IMG/VR virus record: IMGVR_UViG_3300021431_000015
Span: 634 to 64,633 of that record
Strand: one strand, 5' to 3'
DNA length: 64,000 nucleotides
From: a virus
A program made the position numbers and the translations under genes. The notes below the pieces were generated by a model. That model was not told the DNA's origin. It searched no databases and worked only from the letters and a program-made list of their open reading frames with translations. Positions 41,807 through 55,732 of the stretch are shown piece after piece (the first letter of the stretch is position 1; every line of letters begins with the position of its first letter).

Positions 41807-41992
41807 TCACAGCTCGATTACCAGCACCCCGTCCTCGGCATGGATGGACGAAACCTCGTCCTCCGCCCAATCGTAGTCGATGGCCGCGAAGCACCAATCC
41901 GCAACGCCCTCGTAGAGCGTCGCGCCGTGCCTGCATACGCGCACGGGGCCGCTTATCCGTAGCCCTTCGTTCAACAAGTCGTTGATGCACAT
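41807..41992 (-). CDS. hypothetical protein (61 aa), last gene of late operon
   Basis: GGGAGGGG RBS before internal ATG. Confidence 0.45.
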   Translation of the reverse strand: MCINDLLNEGLRISGPVRVCRHGATLYEGVADWCFAAIDYDWAEDEVSSIHAEDGVLVIEL

Positions 41993-42023
41993 GCTATCCC
42001 CTCCCTTCTGGGGAGAGTATAGC

Positions 42024-42767
42024 CTATGCCCTTTTCGCGTATGTGCCCTTGGAGTTCCTGACGCACACAAACCTGCCCTTGTGGTCGCCGGCCGTCACTT
42101 GCGCCCAGACGTTGCCGACCGAGTTGGTCTTGAACGCGCCCAGCTTGATTGTCGCGCCCTTCGCGACAACGCACACGAGCGCGGACGCGCCCTTGCGCTT
42201 CTCGCGGATGTTCAGGTTGGCAGTCGCGGTGTATGTGCCGTCTTTCCATGTGGTCGTCACGGTGTCCGCCTTCCCGTTGTAGTGGAGTATGCCATCCCAA
42301 GGGTAATCGTAGAACGGGTTGACCCTGGACTCGAAGCCGGACTGGTCGCCCCGCTTGTTCCCGTAGGCCCCGTTGTCTCCCCAGGAGAACTCCGAAAGCT
42401 CGTCGGGAACCTGCTGTTGGCACATAGCCACATGGTTCTCCTCATTCAGGTACAAGTCTCCGGGGGACGCGATGAAGGACATCGGCTTCCACTCGAACAA
42501 CCCCGATGCAAGGAAGACGTCCTTCATGTTCCCGGTGTAGGAAGCATCGTCCAGGGCGTGTTCCCATTTAGTCCCCGTGAGGGCCTTCCTCCATGCCGTG
42601 ATGGTCGAGGAGGAGCAGTCGTAATCGCCGACGTTGATGGTGAAGGTCAACCCCTCCACCGTCCACTTCTCGGGTGTGTGTCCCCACCTCTCCTCCCAGG
42701 AGTAGCCGAAGCGCTCGTCCTGGACCATCCTCTTGTGGGTGCTTTTAGCCACTATGTTGCGTTTCAT
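42024..42767 (-). CDS. endolysin: Amidase_5-type peptidoglycan hydrolase with C-terminal SH3b-like wall-binding domain
   Basis: N-terminal ..FGYSWEERWGH..GDYDCSSS (Cys nucleophile) ; C-terminal Gly/Lys-rich beta region; GAGGTGG RBS; position after holin. Confidence 0.7.
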   Translation of the reverse strand: MKRNIVAKSTHKRMVQDERFGYSWEERWGHTPEKWTVEGLTFTINVGDYDCSSSTITAWRKALTGTKWEHALDDASYTGNMKDVFLASGLFEWKPMSFIASPGDLYLNEENHVAMCQQQVPDELSEFSWGDNGAYGNKRGDQSGFESRVNPFYDYPWDGILHYNGKADTVTTTWKDGTYTATANLNIREKRKGASALVCVVAKGATIKLGAFKTNSVGNVWAQVTAGDHKGRFVCVRNSKGTYAKRA

Positions 42768-42775
42768 CTACCACC

Positions 42776-43096
42776 TCACTTGTCGAAAGCCGGGTTGTCC
42801 TCGATTTCATAGAGCCTGTCCCACTTGTCGTTCTGCCCCGGAAGGTCATCGAATGCCATCAGGATGCCGTCCTGGTAGAAGCCCCACTGGCCGTGTACGT
42901 GGTACTCAACCACGTCGGCCTTGGTGGGGAGTCCCCAGGAATGCATCTCGGCGGCGTTCGTGCAATCCAGGTTGAGCGTGTAGGTCGGCTCGGGCTGGGG
43001 TTCAGCCGGGGTCGAGTCGTCGACGATCCCGCACATCGCCAGAATCGCCGCGCAGACCACCAGCAAGACCCCCACTCCCTTCGCGAACCCGTTCAC
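42776..43096 (-). CDS. secreted/membrane-anchored protein in lysis cassette (106 aa)
   Basis: signal/anchor GVGVLLVVCAAILAMCG. Confidence 0.55.
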   Translation of the reverse strand: MNGFAKGVGVLLVVCAAILAMCGIVDDSTPAEPQPEPTYTLNLDCTNAAEMHSWGLPTKADVVEYHVHGQWGFYQDGILMAFDDLPGQNDKWDRLYEIEDNPAFDK

Positions 43097-43365
43097 TAGA
43101 GCGTCACTTCCTTCGGCCAGGGCTTTTCATAGGACAAGGCCCTCTCCGAATCGCCCAATCCCTCGGTCGTGGGGTCCTGCACCACGCCCATCAGGGCCAA
43201 TACGGCGAACAGCGCGTTGATGATTGCGGCCAACTGCTGGTCCAGCACCACGAAATCCCACTGGTAGCCGAACGGCGCCCCGATTGCCTGCACCAGCAGC
43301 AGCAGGGCCGGGATAAGACTCAGCCACCAGGTCTTGTTTGCGATTCGCACCTTCCAATTAAGCAT
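43096..43365 (-). CDS. holin
   Basis: 89 aa, two TM segments (WWLSLIPALLLLV.. and ..AAIINALFAVLALMGVV), charged C-terminus. Confidence 0.7.
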   Translation of the reverse strand: MLNWKVRIANKTWWLSLIPALLLLVQAIGAPFGYQWDFVVLDQQLAAIINALFAVLALMGVVQDPTTEGLGDSERALSYEKPWPKEVTL

Positions 43366-43376
43366 GTCGGGCCTCC

Positions 43377-43676
43377 TTAACCCTCGTGCTGCGACGGCCC
43401 GAAATGCCGCTCGCAGCGTCCTTCAATCCGGTCGATGCGCCGGTATGCGTTGTCCAGCTCGCCTTCGAGCCGCGCGATGCGCACCGAATGGTCATCGATC
43501 TTCCCGTCCAGCTTGCCCAGCGTGTTCTTCACATCGCCGAGCAGGTCGGACTGGTTGTCCAGCTTGTCCTCTATCTTCTGGTCCCTTGCCACTTCGAGCT
43601 TGTTGCTGCGCAGGTAGCTCAGCACCAGCGAGACGATGGCTACGGCGAGCGACCCGAGTGCGACCCATTCATTCAT
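43377..43676 (-). CDS. XhlA-like hemolysin/lysis accessory protein
   Basis: N-terminal TM then DKLD..LGKLDGKIDDHSVRIARLEGEL coiled coil. Confidence 0.55.
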   Translation of the reverse strand: MNEWVALGSLAVAIVSLVLSYLRSNKLEVARDQKIEDKLDNQSDLLGDVKNTLGKLDGKIDDHSVRIARLEGELDNAYRRIDRIEGRCERHFGPSQHEG

Positions 43677-44296
43677 CGCGCCTCCTCCCACCCAGCCGGG
43701 TAATCGGCGGGACTCCAAACGTTTCCGTCAATGGTCGATTCGTATACCGGGTCTTCGATTGTCGGGAAGTGGACCTTGTCGCCGGTGTTGTACGCATCCT
43801 GAGCGCCAGTGGGCTGAACCCAGACGGGAATCTCCCCGGGCTCGCCGATTCGCGTCCAGAGCGCGGGTGTCTTGTCGGGAGTCCAATCCTCCTGGGACTT
43901 GTGGGCCTGGACGCACTTGTAGAGGTATCCATCGGAATACCGCCTGCGGTCGCCAGCCTTGTAGTCCGTGTTGGGCACCCATGCCGGGAACGCGTCGGGA
44001 ACAGTCTCGGCCTGCTCGTCGGTCAGGATTTCCAGCACCTCATCCAACTTCTCCTGCGCGGGGTCTTCATACTCCTTGAACGCCGGTATGGACTGAAGCC
44101 ACTCTTCCGCGTCGGCGAATACGCTATCGGCCTCGAACGCCCTGATGTGCCTCGACTCGCGCACCTTACCCGTGCAATCTTCAAGTTCGTAAGACCTGAC
44201 GTAAACCGACTCCTGGCCTTGTGAAATCGTCACTTCGGCAGCCTCGTGGCTCCGGTAGATTTCCCCAGCCATCATTACCGGCCTGATAAACGCCAT
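43673..44296 (-). CDS. tail-associated protein with C-terminal CBM5/12-like carbohydrate-binding motif
   Basis: YKAGDRRRYSDGYLYKCVQAHKSQEDWTPDKTPALW. Confidence 0.55.
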   Translation of the reverse strand: MAFIRPVMMAGEIYRSHEAAEVTISQGQESVYVRSYELEDCTGKVRESRHIRAFEADSVFADAEEWLQSIPAFKEYEDPAQEKLDEVLEILTDEQAETVPDAFPAWVPNTDYKAGDRRRYSDGYLYKCVQAHKSQEDWTPDKTPALWTRIGEPGEIPVWVQPTGAQDAYNTGDKVHFPTIEDPVYESTIDGNVWSPADYPAGWEEAR

Positions 44297-44305
44297 AAAA
44301 ACCTC

Positions 44306-47300
44306 CTAGTACGTCTTTCCCGTGCAGATGATGAAATTGATTGCGAGCGACGGCTGCATGTTGTTGTGCGCCTGAGTCGCGTTATGTGCTGCAACGGAAA
44401 TCGAGTGCTGACCGCTCCAGGAGCCTCCGCTGCTTGCGACCTGTGACATCTCCCAGCCGGTGCCGCTGATGCCACCTACAGTTTCCGTCGAACGTGTTCC
44501 CTTGTACGTGCTTATGTACCAATTGGCAGCTACAGCGACGCTATGGGCCTGGATACCCGATTGTGGGCCGGTCAGGGTGTGCGTCTCCGCGCCGACCTCT
44601 TCCCCCAGAAAACGGTGGGTGAAATTCGAATCGCCAAGTCCGACTCCAATTGGGGCGCGTCCCCTAAAGTCGGGCAGCCTGAAGTAGCCGTCTGGTATAT
44701 CGTTGTCGTATCGGTTGAAATGCTTGTTCCCGCCCATCGCTTCGTACAGCTCCGGGTAGTCGGAAACCTTCACCAGGTCGCCGTTGCACCACAACCATCC
44801 AACGGGAAGGTTGACTCCCGCGTACATCTGCACGAACCCTGCCATGGAACGAGATATGTATGCGCCGCCGTTCTTGTGTATGACGGCCGAGTTCGACCTT
44901 GCGCTGTCTGTTGTTCCATCGCCGACTATCACCGCATAGTCGTCTTCCGCGTCTTCCAGGTTGTACTCCCCGAACACAGCTTGGCTCTGGCTTGACGAGA
45001 TAAGCTCGTTGCCAACGGCTGTAGACATTGCTGCTGGGTCCACCTGACCGTCTCCGCGAGTGCCGATGGAGTAATACGAGGCTTCGTCGGTCGGCAGGTA
45101 GTACCGGATGTCCGTCACCGTGATGAGCTGTGCTCCTCCGCCATCCTGCAAGTCTGGAAGGATGACCTTCAAGCTGGTGCCGCCGTTGTAGACGATGCCC
45201 TTGAACGTCTGCTCGCTGGAAGAACGGTCTGCAACCGTGAATACATCGAACGACCTTGCGGTTCCTACCGAGAAGACGACCTGCCGGACTGGTGGAATCA
45301 GGGATTTCTGGTTCGACGTTCCTGCTATCGTCTCGTATTGAGCGAGTTCCACGTATCGGCCCGAGCGAAGCGGATCGAAGTACATGACGCGGTAACGCAC
45401 GACGATTTTCGTCCTCACGGCAAGCTGCGGGAGCGTAACCTCGTCAGACTCGACTATCACGTAGTTGCCGGTTGTCAGGTCCGTTGCGTCCTCCTTGACG
45501 CCGACACCGGCCCATGGCCTTGCGATGTACTCGTACCCGGTCTTCGGCGAAACGGCGAACTTGACGGCCCTCGTCGCGACGGTGCCGCTCGACACGACCT
45601 CGAACACGGACGAGCCTTCTGTGCCGATTGCCGAGAAACGGTTGGATTCTATCTCGATGTGCGGGGATTCCTCAACGCCAATCCTCGCGCCTTCTCCGCC
45701 GAACTCCGCCACGCTCGTGTCAGCGTTCGTGAACACCTCCATGCCGTCGGGCGAGAACACGGAATGCCCTGCGGATTCCAGGCCGACGCGCAACTTCGCG
45801 ACGGAGTTCTCCACCCACACCTTGAAGTGCGACAGGCCGTCGCGCCACAGCTCGAACACCTCGCCGATTCGCCACCCTCGCGTGGTGGATGTAGGCTCGT
45901 TGTCGGAGCCTGGACCCAGGTTCTCAGCATGCACCCACGTGTCTCCCGAGCCTTGGCGCGTGATGTAGTTCGTGGCCGTCTTCTTCGCGGCCTCGGCTTC
46001 CCTGAGCGAGACAGGCCCGAACGCGCCGTCCTTGAAGCACCACAGCTCCGAAGTCGAGGTGAACTGGCCGTTCGTCGTGGAATCCCGCAACCGTCCCAGC
46101 GGGAGGTAGCAGTACCCGTCCGCACCATTGGGCACTTTGCACGTGAGGAACGGAGCGGCGGCGATGGTGAACGAGTTGCCAACGACGGTGCCCTTGAGGA
46201 AGACCAGCTCGTGCGCGGTGGCGCTTTCGATGGTCCCGTTGTTGGAGAAGGCGATGTTGACCCTCACCAGGTCGAGGTCGGCCCTCATTGCTCCGGCATT
46301 GTAGGCGGTGTTGTTGTACAGCAGCGGGTAGCCTATGTCGAACGCGGTCCCTGCCGCGATGTTCCTGTAGCCTGCGGACGTGCCGCACACGATTCTTCCC
46401 GCCGTGAGGTTAGCTGCCGCCTTGACGTTCGAGTTGTACAGCGTGCGGTCGTAGGTGTTGGCGTTGTTCGAGGCGTTCTGGCCGTAAGCGCCGATGTAGA
46501 GTTCGGTGAGGCCGTCGTAGTTCGTCGTTCCGGTGCCGTCCATGTTCGCGTACTTCACCGCCGCGTCCAACAGCTGGACGGTGCAGTTCACCTGCTCAAG
46601 CACCTCGACGGTTATCGTTCGGGCATACGTTGCGTTTATAGGGTTCGTGGACGACCTCAATCCGAACCCGAGCGCGTGGCCCTTCCCGGCCGTGATTCCG
46701 GCCTGCTTCGCCCTGTAGAGGTTCAGGTAGCAGATTGCAAGCGCGGAGTTGGACCTGTGCGATACCGCGTCATACGCCATGTATGCGTTCGCCCTGCCGG
46801 ATACCGTCACGTCCACGATTTCCTGGTAGAGCACGGGTTCCGTGACGTTGATGCGCAGCTTCACCTGCCATACGCCGTTGTAGTCATCGGGATGCACTTT
46901 CGCGAAGTAGAAGCTGGCGTCGGCTGCGGTGTTCGCGGTGCCGATGACGCCCGTGTACGTCTTGGACATGAGCGGGTCCACGTCCCTGCGCGTCGCGTAC
47001 AACATCTCGCCGACGTACGGCTTGTACGGTCCCGAGTACTCGCCCTTGTAGAAGCTGATGCGGATATCGCCAGTCCAGGTGGACGATGATTTTGCGGTGA
47101 AGGTTACGTTGGCAAGGCCGTTCCAGGCGTTGTTGCCAGTAGCCGAGCTGACCGTGTAGACGTGGCGCACCTCGCCGTCCCCCGTCTGCGTCGTGATGAA
47201 GGACCAGTTCGCGGGAAGCTGCACGTTGTCCGGATAGTTTCTCGTGTAGAAGTTGGCTCCGCTGCCCGTGTACGACACGTTGCGGTACTCCACGAGCATC

Positions 47301-47593
47301 GTCACCTTATCGCCCGCCTTGAGGGAATTGTCGTAAGGCGGCACGAACTCCTTCTGGGCGGTGTTACATGCCTCAAGGTGGACCCATCCGTCTTCCAGCG
47401 CGGTGAAGCACGAGCGATTGTAAGATTTATCCTGGCTCGGCTGCCAGTATCCACCCGTGCCTCCGTCCGGGTACGTTCCGTCGGCGTTGTGGTTCCCGAA
47501 GAACGGGGTAAGGTTGGGCACCTCGTTCGCAAGAGCAACGTCGTGCGCCGCCTTGGCCGCTATGAAGTCGTAGCTTCCCGTCTGGGTTGCCAT
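44306..47593 (-). CDS. tail fiber / receptor-binding protein with C-terminal phage tail-collar domain
   Basis: 1095 aa; C-terminal ..WLWCNGDLVKVSDYPELYEAMGG..FRLPDFRGR.. collar-fiber signature. Confidence 0.8.
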   Translation of the reverse strand: MATQTGSYDFIAAKAAHDVALANEVPNLTPFFGNHNADGTYPDGGTGGYWQPSQDKSYNRSCFTALEDGWVHLEACNTAQKEFVPPYDNSLKAGDKVTMLVEYRNVSYTGSGANFYTRNYPDNVQLPANWSFITTQTGDGEVRHVYTVSSATGNNAWNGLANVTFTAKSSSTWTGDIRISFYKGEYSGPYKPYVGEMLYATRRDVDPLMSKTYTGVIGTANTAADASFYFAKVHPDDYNGVWQVKLRINVTEPVLYQEIVDVTVSGRANAYMAYDAVSHRSNSALAICYLNLYRAKQAGITAGKGHALGFGLRSSTNPINATYARTITVEVLEQVNCTVQLLDAAVKYANMDGTGTTNYDGLTELYIGAYGQNASNNANTYDRTLYNSNVKAAANLTAGRIVCGTSAGYRNIAAGTAFDIGYPLLYNNTAYNAGAMRADLDLVRVNIAFSNNGTIESATAHELVFLKGTVVGNSFTIAAAPFLTCKVPNGADGYCYLPLGRLRDSTTNGQFTSTSELWCFKDGAFGPVSLREAEAAKKTATNYITRQGSGDTWVHAENLGPGSDNEPTSTTRGWRIGEVFELWRDGLSHFKVWVENSVAKLRVGLESAGHSVFSPDGMEVFTNADTSVAEFGGEGARIGVEESPHIEIESNRFSAIGTEGSSVFEVVSSGTVATRAVKFAVSPKTGYEYIARPWAGVGVKEDATDLTTGNYVIVESDEVTLPQLAVRTKIVVRYRVMYFDPLRSGRYVELAQYETIAGTSNQKSLIPPVRQVVFSVGTARSFDVFTVADRSSSEQTFKGIVYNGGTSLKVILPDLQDGGGAQLITVTDIRYYLPTDEASYYSIGTRGDGQVDPAAMSTAVGNELISSSQSQAVFGEYNLEDAEDDYAVIVGDGTTDSARSNSAVIHKNGGAYISRSMAGFVQMYAGVNLPVGWLWCNGDLVKVSDYPELYEAMGGNKHFNRYDNDIPDGYFRLPDFRGRAPIGVGLGDSNFTHRFLGEEVGAETHTLTGPQSGIQAHSVAVAANWYISTYKGTRSTETVGGISGTGWEMSQVASSGGSWSGQHSISVAAHNATQAHNNMQPSLAINFIICTGKTY

Positions 47594-48235
47594 TTACACC
47601 ACCTCCTGAACGAACCTGAACACGTGGCCGCACCTCACGCGAGGGTCTGCGTAAATCGGCACTCCCGCCGCCTTGCACCTCTCGCAGAAGAACAGGTCTT
47701 CGGAGAGCGTGCCGTGGCCGTCCTCGTAATCGACCCACTTGAACCAGGGCCATTCGAGCTTGTGCAGCACCTCGGTTCTCACCAGGGCGCATCCGAAGCC
47801 GCCGCCGTGGATGCGCAGCCGCTTTATTCCCGCGTCGGCGAAGGCGATGACCTCCTGGGCGCTGTACTCCGATTCGGTCGGGTAATGGTAGTAATCCGAG
47901 CCATCGGGCGCGTCGAGCCTGCAAAGGCACGTGGCGCCCGTGTAAACGTTGTTCCCGTTGCGGTTCGCGTAGGCTCCCAGAAGAACGTCCACGGGCTCTT
48001 CGAGCATGTTCTTGAGCGCGTCGGACGGGAGCACGATGTCGTTGTCAACCATGAGGACGTAATCGCAACCCTCGTCGATGGCCTCCTGGGCTATCCTGTT
48101 CCTCGCCTGGGCGCAATCGTAGCCGCGGAGGAAGTCGAACACGAGCCAGTTCCCGCACGGGTCGAGCCCGTAGATGGACTTGAACGTGTCGGGCGTGATG
48201 TTCTCGAAGGTTGGAACTGCTATTAGAATCTTCAT
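47594..48235 (-). CDS. family-2 glycosyltransferase (GT-A fold)
   Basis: MKILIAVPTFEN.. and DYVLMVDNDIVLP (DxD); sits between two fiber genes. Confidence 0.75.
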   Translation of the reverse strand: MKILIAVPTFENITPDTFKSIYGLDPCGNWLVFDFLRGYDCAQARNRIAQEAIDEGCDYVLMVDNDIVLPSDALKNMLEEPVDVLLGAYANRNGNNVYTGATCLCRLDAPDGSDYYHYPTESEYSAQEVIAFADAGIKRLRIHGGGFGCALVRTEVLHKLEWPWFKWVDYEDGHGTLSEDLFFCERCKAAGVPIYADPRVRCGHVFRFVQEVV

Positions 48236-48243
48236 GTCGCTCC

Positions 48244-52804
<4,561 letters not shown>

Positions 52805-52808
<4 letters not shown>

Positions 52809-55732
52809 TCGGCCTCCTCCGTCAGCGGGATGACGTTGCCGCCGTCGTCGGTGAGGGCCGTGCCGTCCCAGGACCATCCGACCTTCTCTGCACCGGAGCC
52901 GTCGCGCACGACCGCCGTGGATTCGCCGCTCGCCTCGCTCGTCTCGACGACGTAGAGCGTCTGGCCCGAATACCCAGCGAACTGCCAGTTGTCCAGAGGG
53001 AACCTCCCCGTCGCGTCGTAAACATCGCGGTTGTACGCGAACACCGCCCCGCCGTTCCATTCGGGCTTCGCGATGTCGCCGCCCTCGGGCTTGTGCTCGT
53101 CGGTCAGCTCGACCTCCTGGCAATCGAGGGAGACGGAAATCTCCCTGGTCATGTAGGAGCGCGATATGTCACTCGGGACCACGTTCGCGGAGAACGCGGC
53201 ACCCGACGGCGTTCGGACGAACACGGGACCGGCGTGTTGGGCCATTGAGGCGATGGCCTCCTCCTCGTCTGCGGATTGCAGCTTGATGAGGCTGGTCTTG
53301 AGAGAGGACTTCCTGCTGGACGAGCCGTCCCACCAGCCGAGCGTCGCACCGTCGAGCGTGACCTCGCTCGAAAAGCCCTTCTCGTAGCCGGAAGAATCCT
53401 CGATGTTGTACGGGAGCTCCAGGGACTCGTTGCCCCAATCGAACCTGAGCATACCGGCATCGAGCGTGTATTCGATGTCATCCGAGTTGGAGTAATCGCC
53501 GTCAGACGTCCTGGTCACCGCCATGTAGCGCAAGTTGGCGCCCGTTCCGAAGGGTGCGTACCTGTCGGTCACGGACGTGCCGAACGGGAGGTTCTCGGCA
53601 ATCCGCTTCTCGCCGTCGACGGAGACGCGGTAGAGGTCGAACCTGTCCCCGAGGACGTATCCGTCGCCACCGTCTTCGCCTGTCGGTTCCGTGACCGTGA
53701 CCGTGGCGGACAGCGTGCTGGAGTCGACCTCGACCGTCCCGATTGGCACGTCCGCACGATGCGCCCAGTCGACCGTGAACGTCGCGCTCGATTCAGCCGA
53801 GGTTAGGTTCGTAACCGGGTCGTGAAGGCTCGCCGTGACCGTGTAGTCGGCATCCTGCCAGAACCGCTGGCCGTCCGAGAGCTCGCACGTTATCGTCGCC
53901 GTGTACGGCCCCTCGCCCGTCCAGTCGGGCACCGTTTCCGCGCTCCACACGCAATCGCCGTCCATCTGCTCCGCATCGCCGTCCAAACCGGAGCCGGACG
54001 AACCGTGCGACAGGATGTATGCCATGACCGTCGGCGAGTTCGGCGAGTCGGTCGAGACGCTGAACGAGAACGGCAGGACGGTGAGGTCGGACGCCGTGAC
54101 CGCGCACGTCGGCAGGTCGGCGACGACGACCTCGCATTCCTCAGACGTGAACGCGCTGCCACCTGCGACGACCGTGACGGTCACCACGGCCTTGCCTCCA
54201 GAGCACTTCTCGAGGATGGAGCCGGGAACTGTAGCCTTCGCCTCCGCGCCGTCGATTGTAACGGCGACAGAGCCGCCGATGTTGACCTGCGCCTGCTCCT
54301 GGGCCATGTCGGACGAGAACTCCCAGGAGACCTCCATGTCTGCGCCGATGGCGACGTTCTGCGGGACGGTGACGGACACGGTGCCGAAGTCGGAGGACGG
54401 AATCGCCTCGACGGCGTTCGACAGCCCGCCCAGTATTTCCTTTCCGTCGGCATCGGTGTCCACGGCGCACGCCCTGAACCAGTAGCGCTTGCCGTTCTCC
54501 AGGCCCCTGACGTAGACCGTGGCGCGACCCTCGTCGAGCCAGGTCACGTCGAACGACTCGGGCTGCTCCGTGGACGTCCACGCGTCCTCGTAATCCGACC
54601 ACATCATCCTCACGCAGTCGTCGTCCGTCTCGGTGTCGACGATGGAAATCCGGGCCCATCCGTCTCCGGCATCGAGGGCCTGCAAGGTCACGCTGCCAGC
54701 CGACGTGGTCGACTTGCTCACATACACATCGGTGCATTCGAACGGCTCGGAAAACGTGGTCAGGTTGTCCCTGGTCGCGCCGACCCTGTACCAGACGTGC
54801 AGCCCGGCTTGGACGGGAACCGCCGTTGCGGCTGGCTCTGTCAGCGCCTTGACTTCTCCATCGTCGATGCCGCCGTCAACCGGATGCCAGTCGGTGGAAT
54901 TTGCCGCCTCGGCCTTGGTGGTGACGACCGAATGCAGATGGTAGAGCTGCAACGTGTCCACCGGGGTGTCAGGAGTCTGCTTTGAGTCAACGGAGACGAC
55001 CACGGTGCCGGTCTGCCTGCTGTTCCCGTTCAACTTGGCGGAGCCGATAACCGGCACGTTCGGGCGGCAGAACACGTGCTCATCCGTGGCGGGGTCCGAA
55101 TCGCCCGCGTATCCCTGGGCCTTCGCCGTGCATTTGATTCTCACGAACTGGCCCGGCGTGAGCCCGGTGACGCCGGGGGTGTCGTAGTCCTTTGTCTCGA
55201 AGTCGGTGGAGGTGCTGCTTGTCGTTTGCAGGGTCTCGTCTCCGAGCGAGCCGGTGCGCTTGACCTCGTACCACACACTGGCGCACTCGTATTTTCCCGT
55301 GCTTGGGTGGTCCTTCTTTATCTTGAACTTGACCGTCCCGCTGTCGGCGTCTACTTCCGCCTCGACCTCCGGCTTTCCCGGGGCCTTGAGGTCGAAGGAC
55401 TGCACGCCACACCAGGCACCCTTATTGTGCCAGGTCGTCTTTTTGTTCTTCGTGGTGCTGACCCGCCCGATAGCCTTGGCGTGGATGGCATCGATTTTCT
55501 TCTTCGTGTATGGGTAGAAGCTCTTCCTGTTCAGGGTGATGTCGTCGTTCTGGCTCTTGTCCTTCTCCTTGGCGTGGTCGTAGGCGATGCCCGTGCCCAC
55601 GAGGTTCCAGTAGACGCGAGCCTTGTCGATTTTCTTCTGGTCGGCCTTCGTGGTCGAGTGCTTGACGGTGAACTTGTCCCCGCTGCGCGAGATGCTTCCC
55701 AGCTTGACGTACTTATGCGTATTTTTTGCCAT
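52805..55732 (-). CDS. large tail structural protein (975 aa), probable baseplate/distal tail component with Ig/FN3-like repeats
   Basis: size and position between tape measure and fibers. Confidence 0.75.

Noticed and set aside
45338-47089. 583-aa + strand ORF
   Set aside because: Antisense to the tail-fiber gene; Arg/Gly-rich, no RBS.
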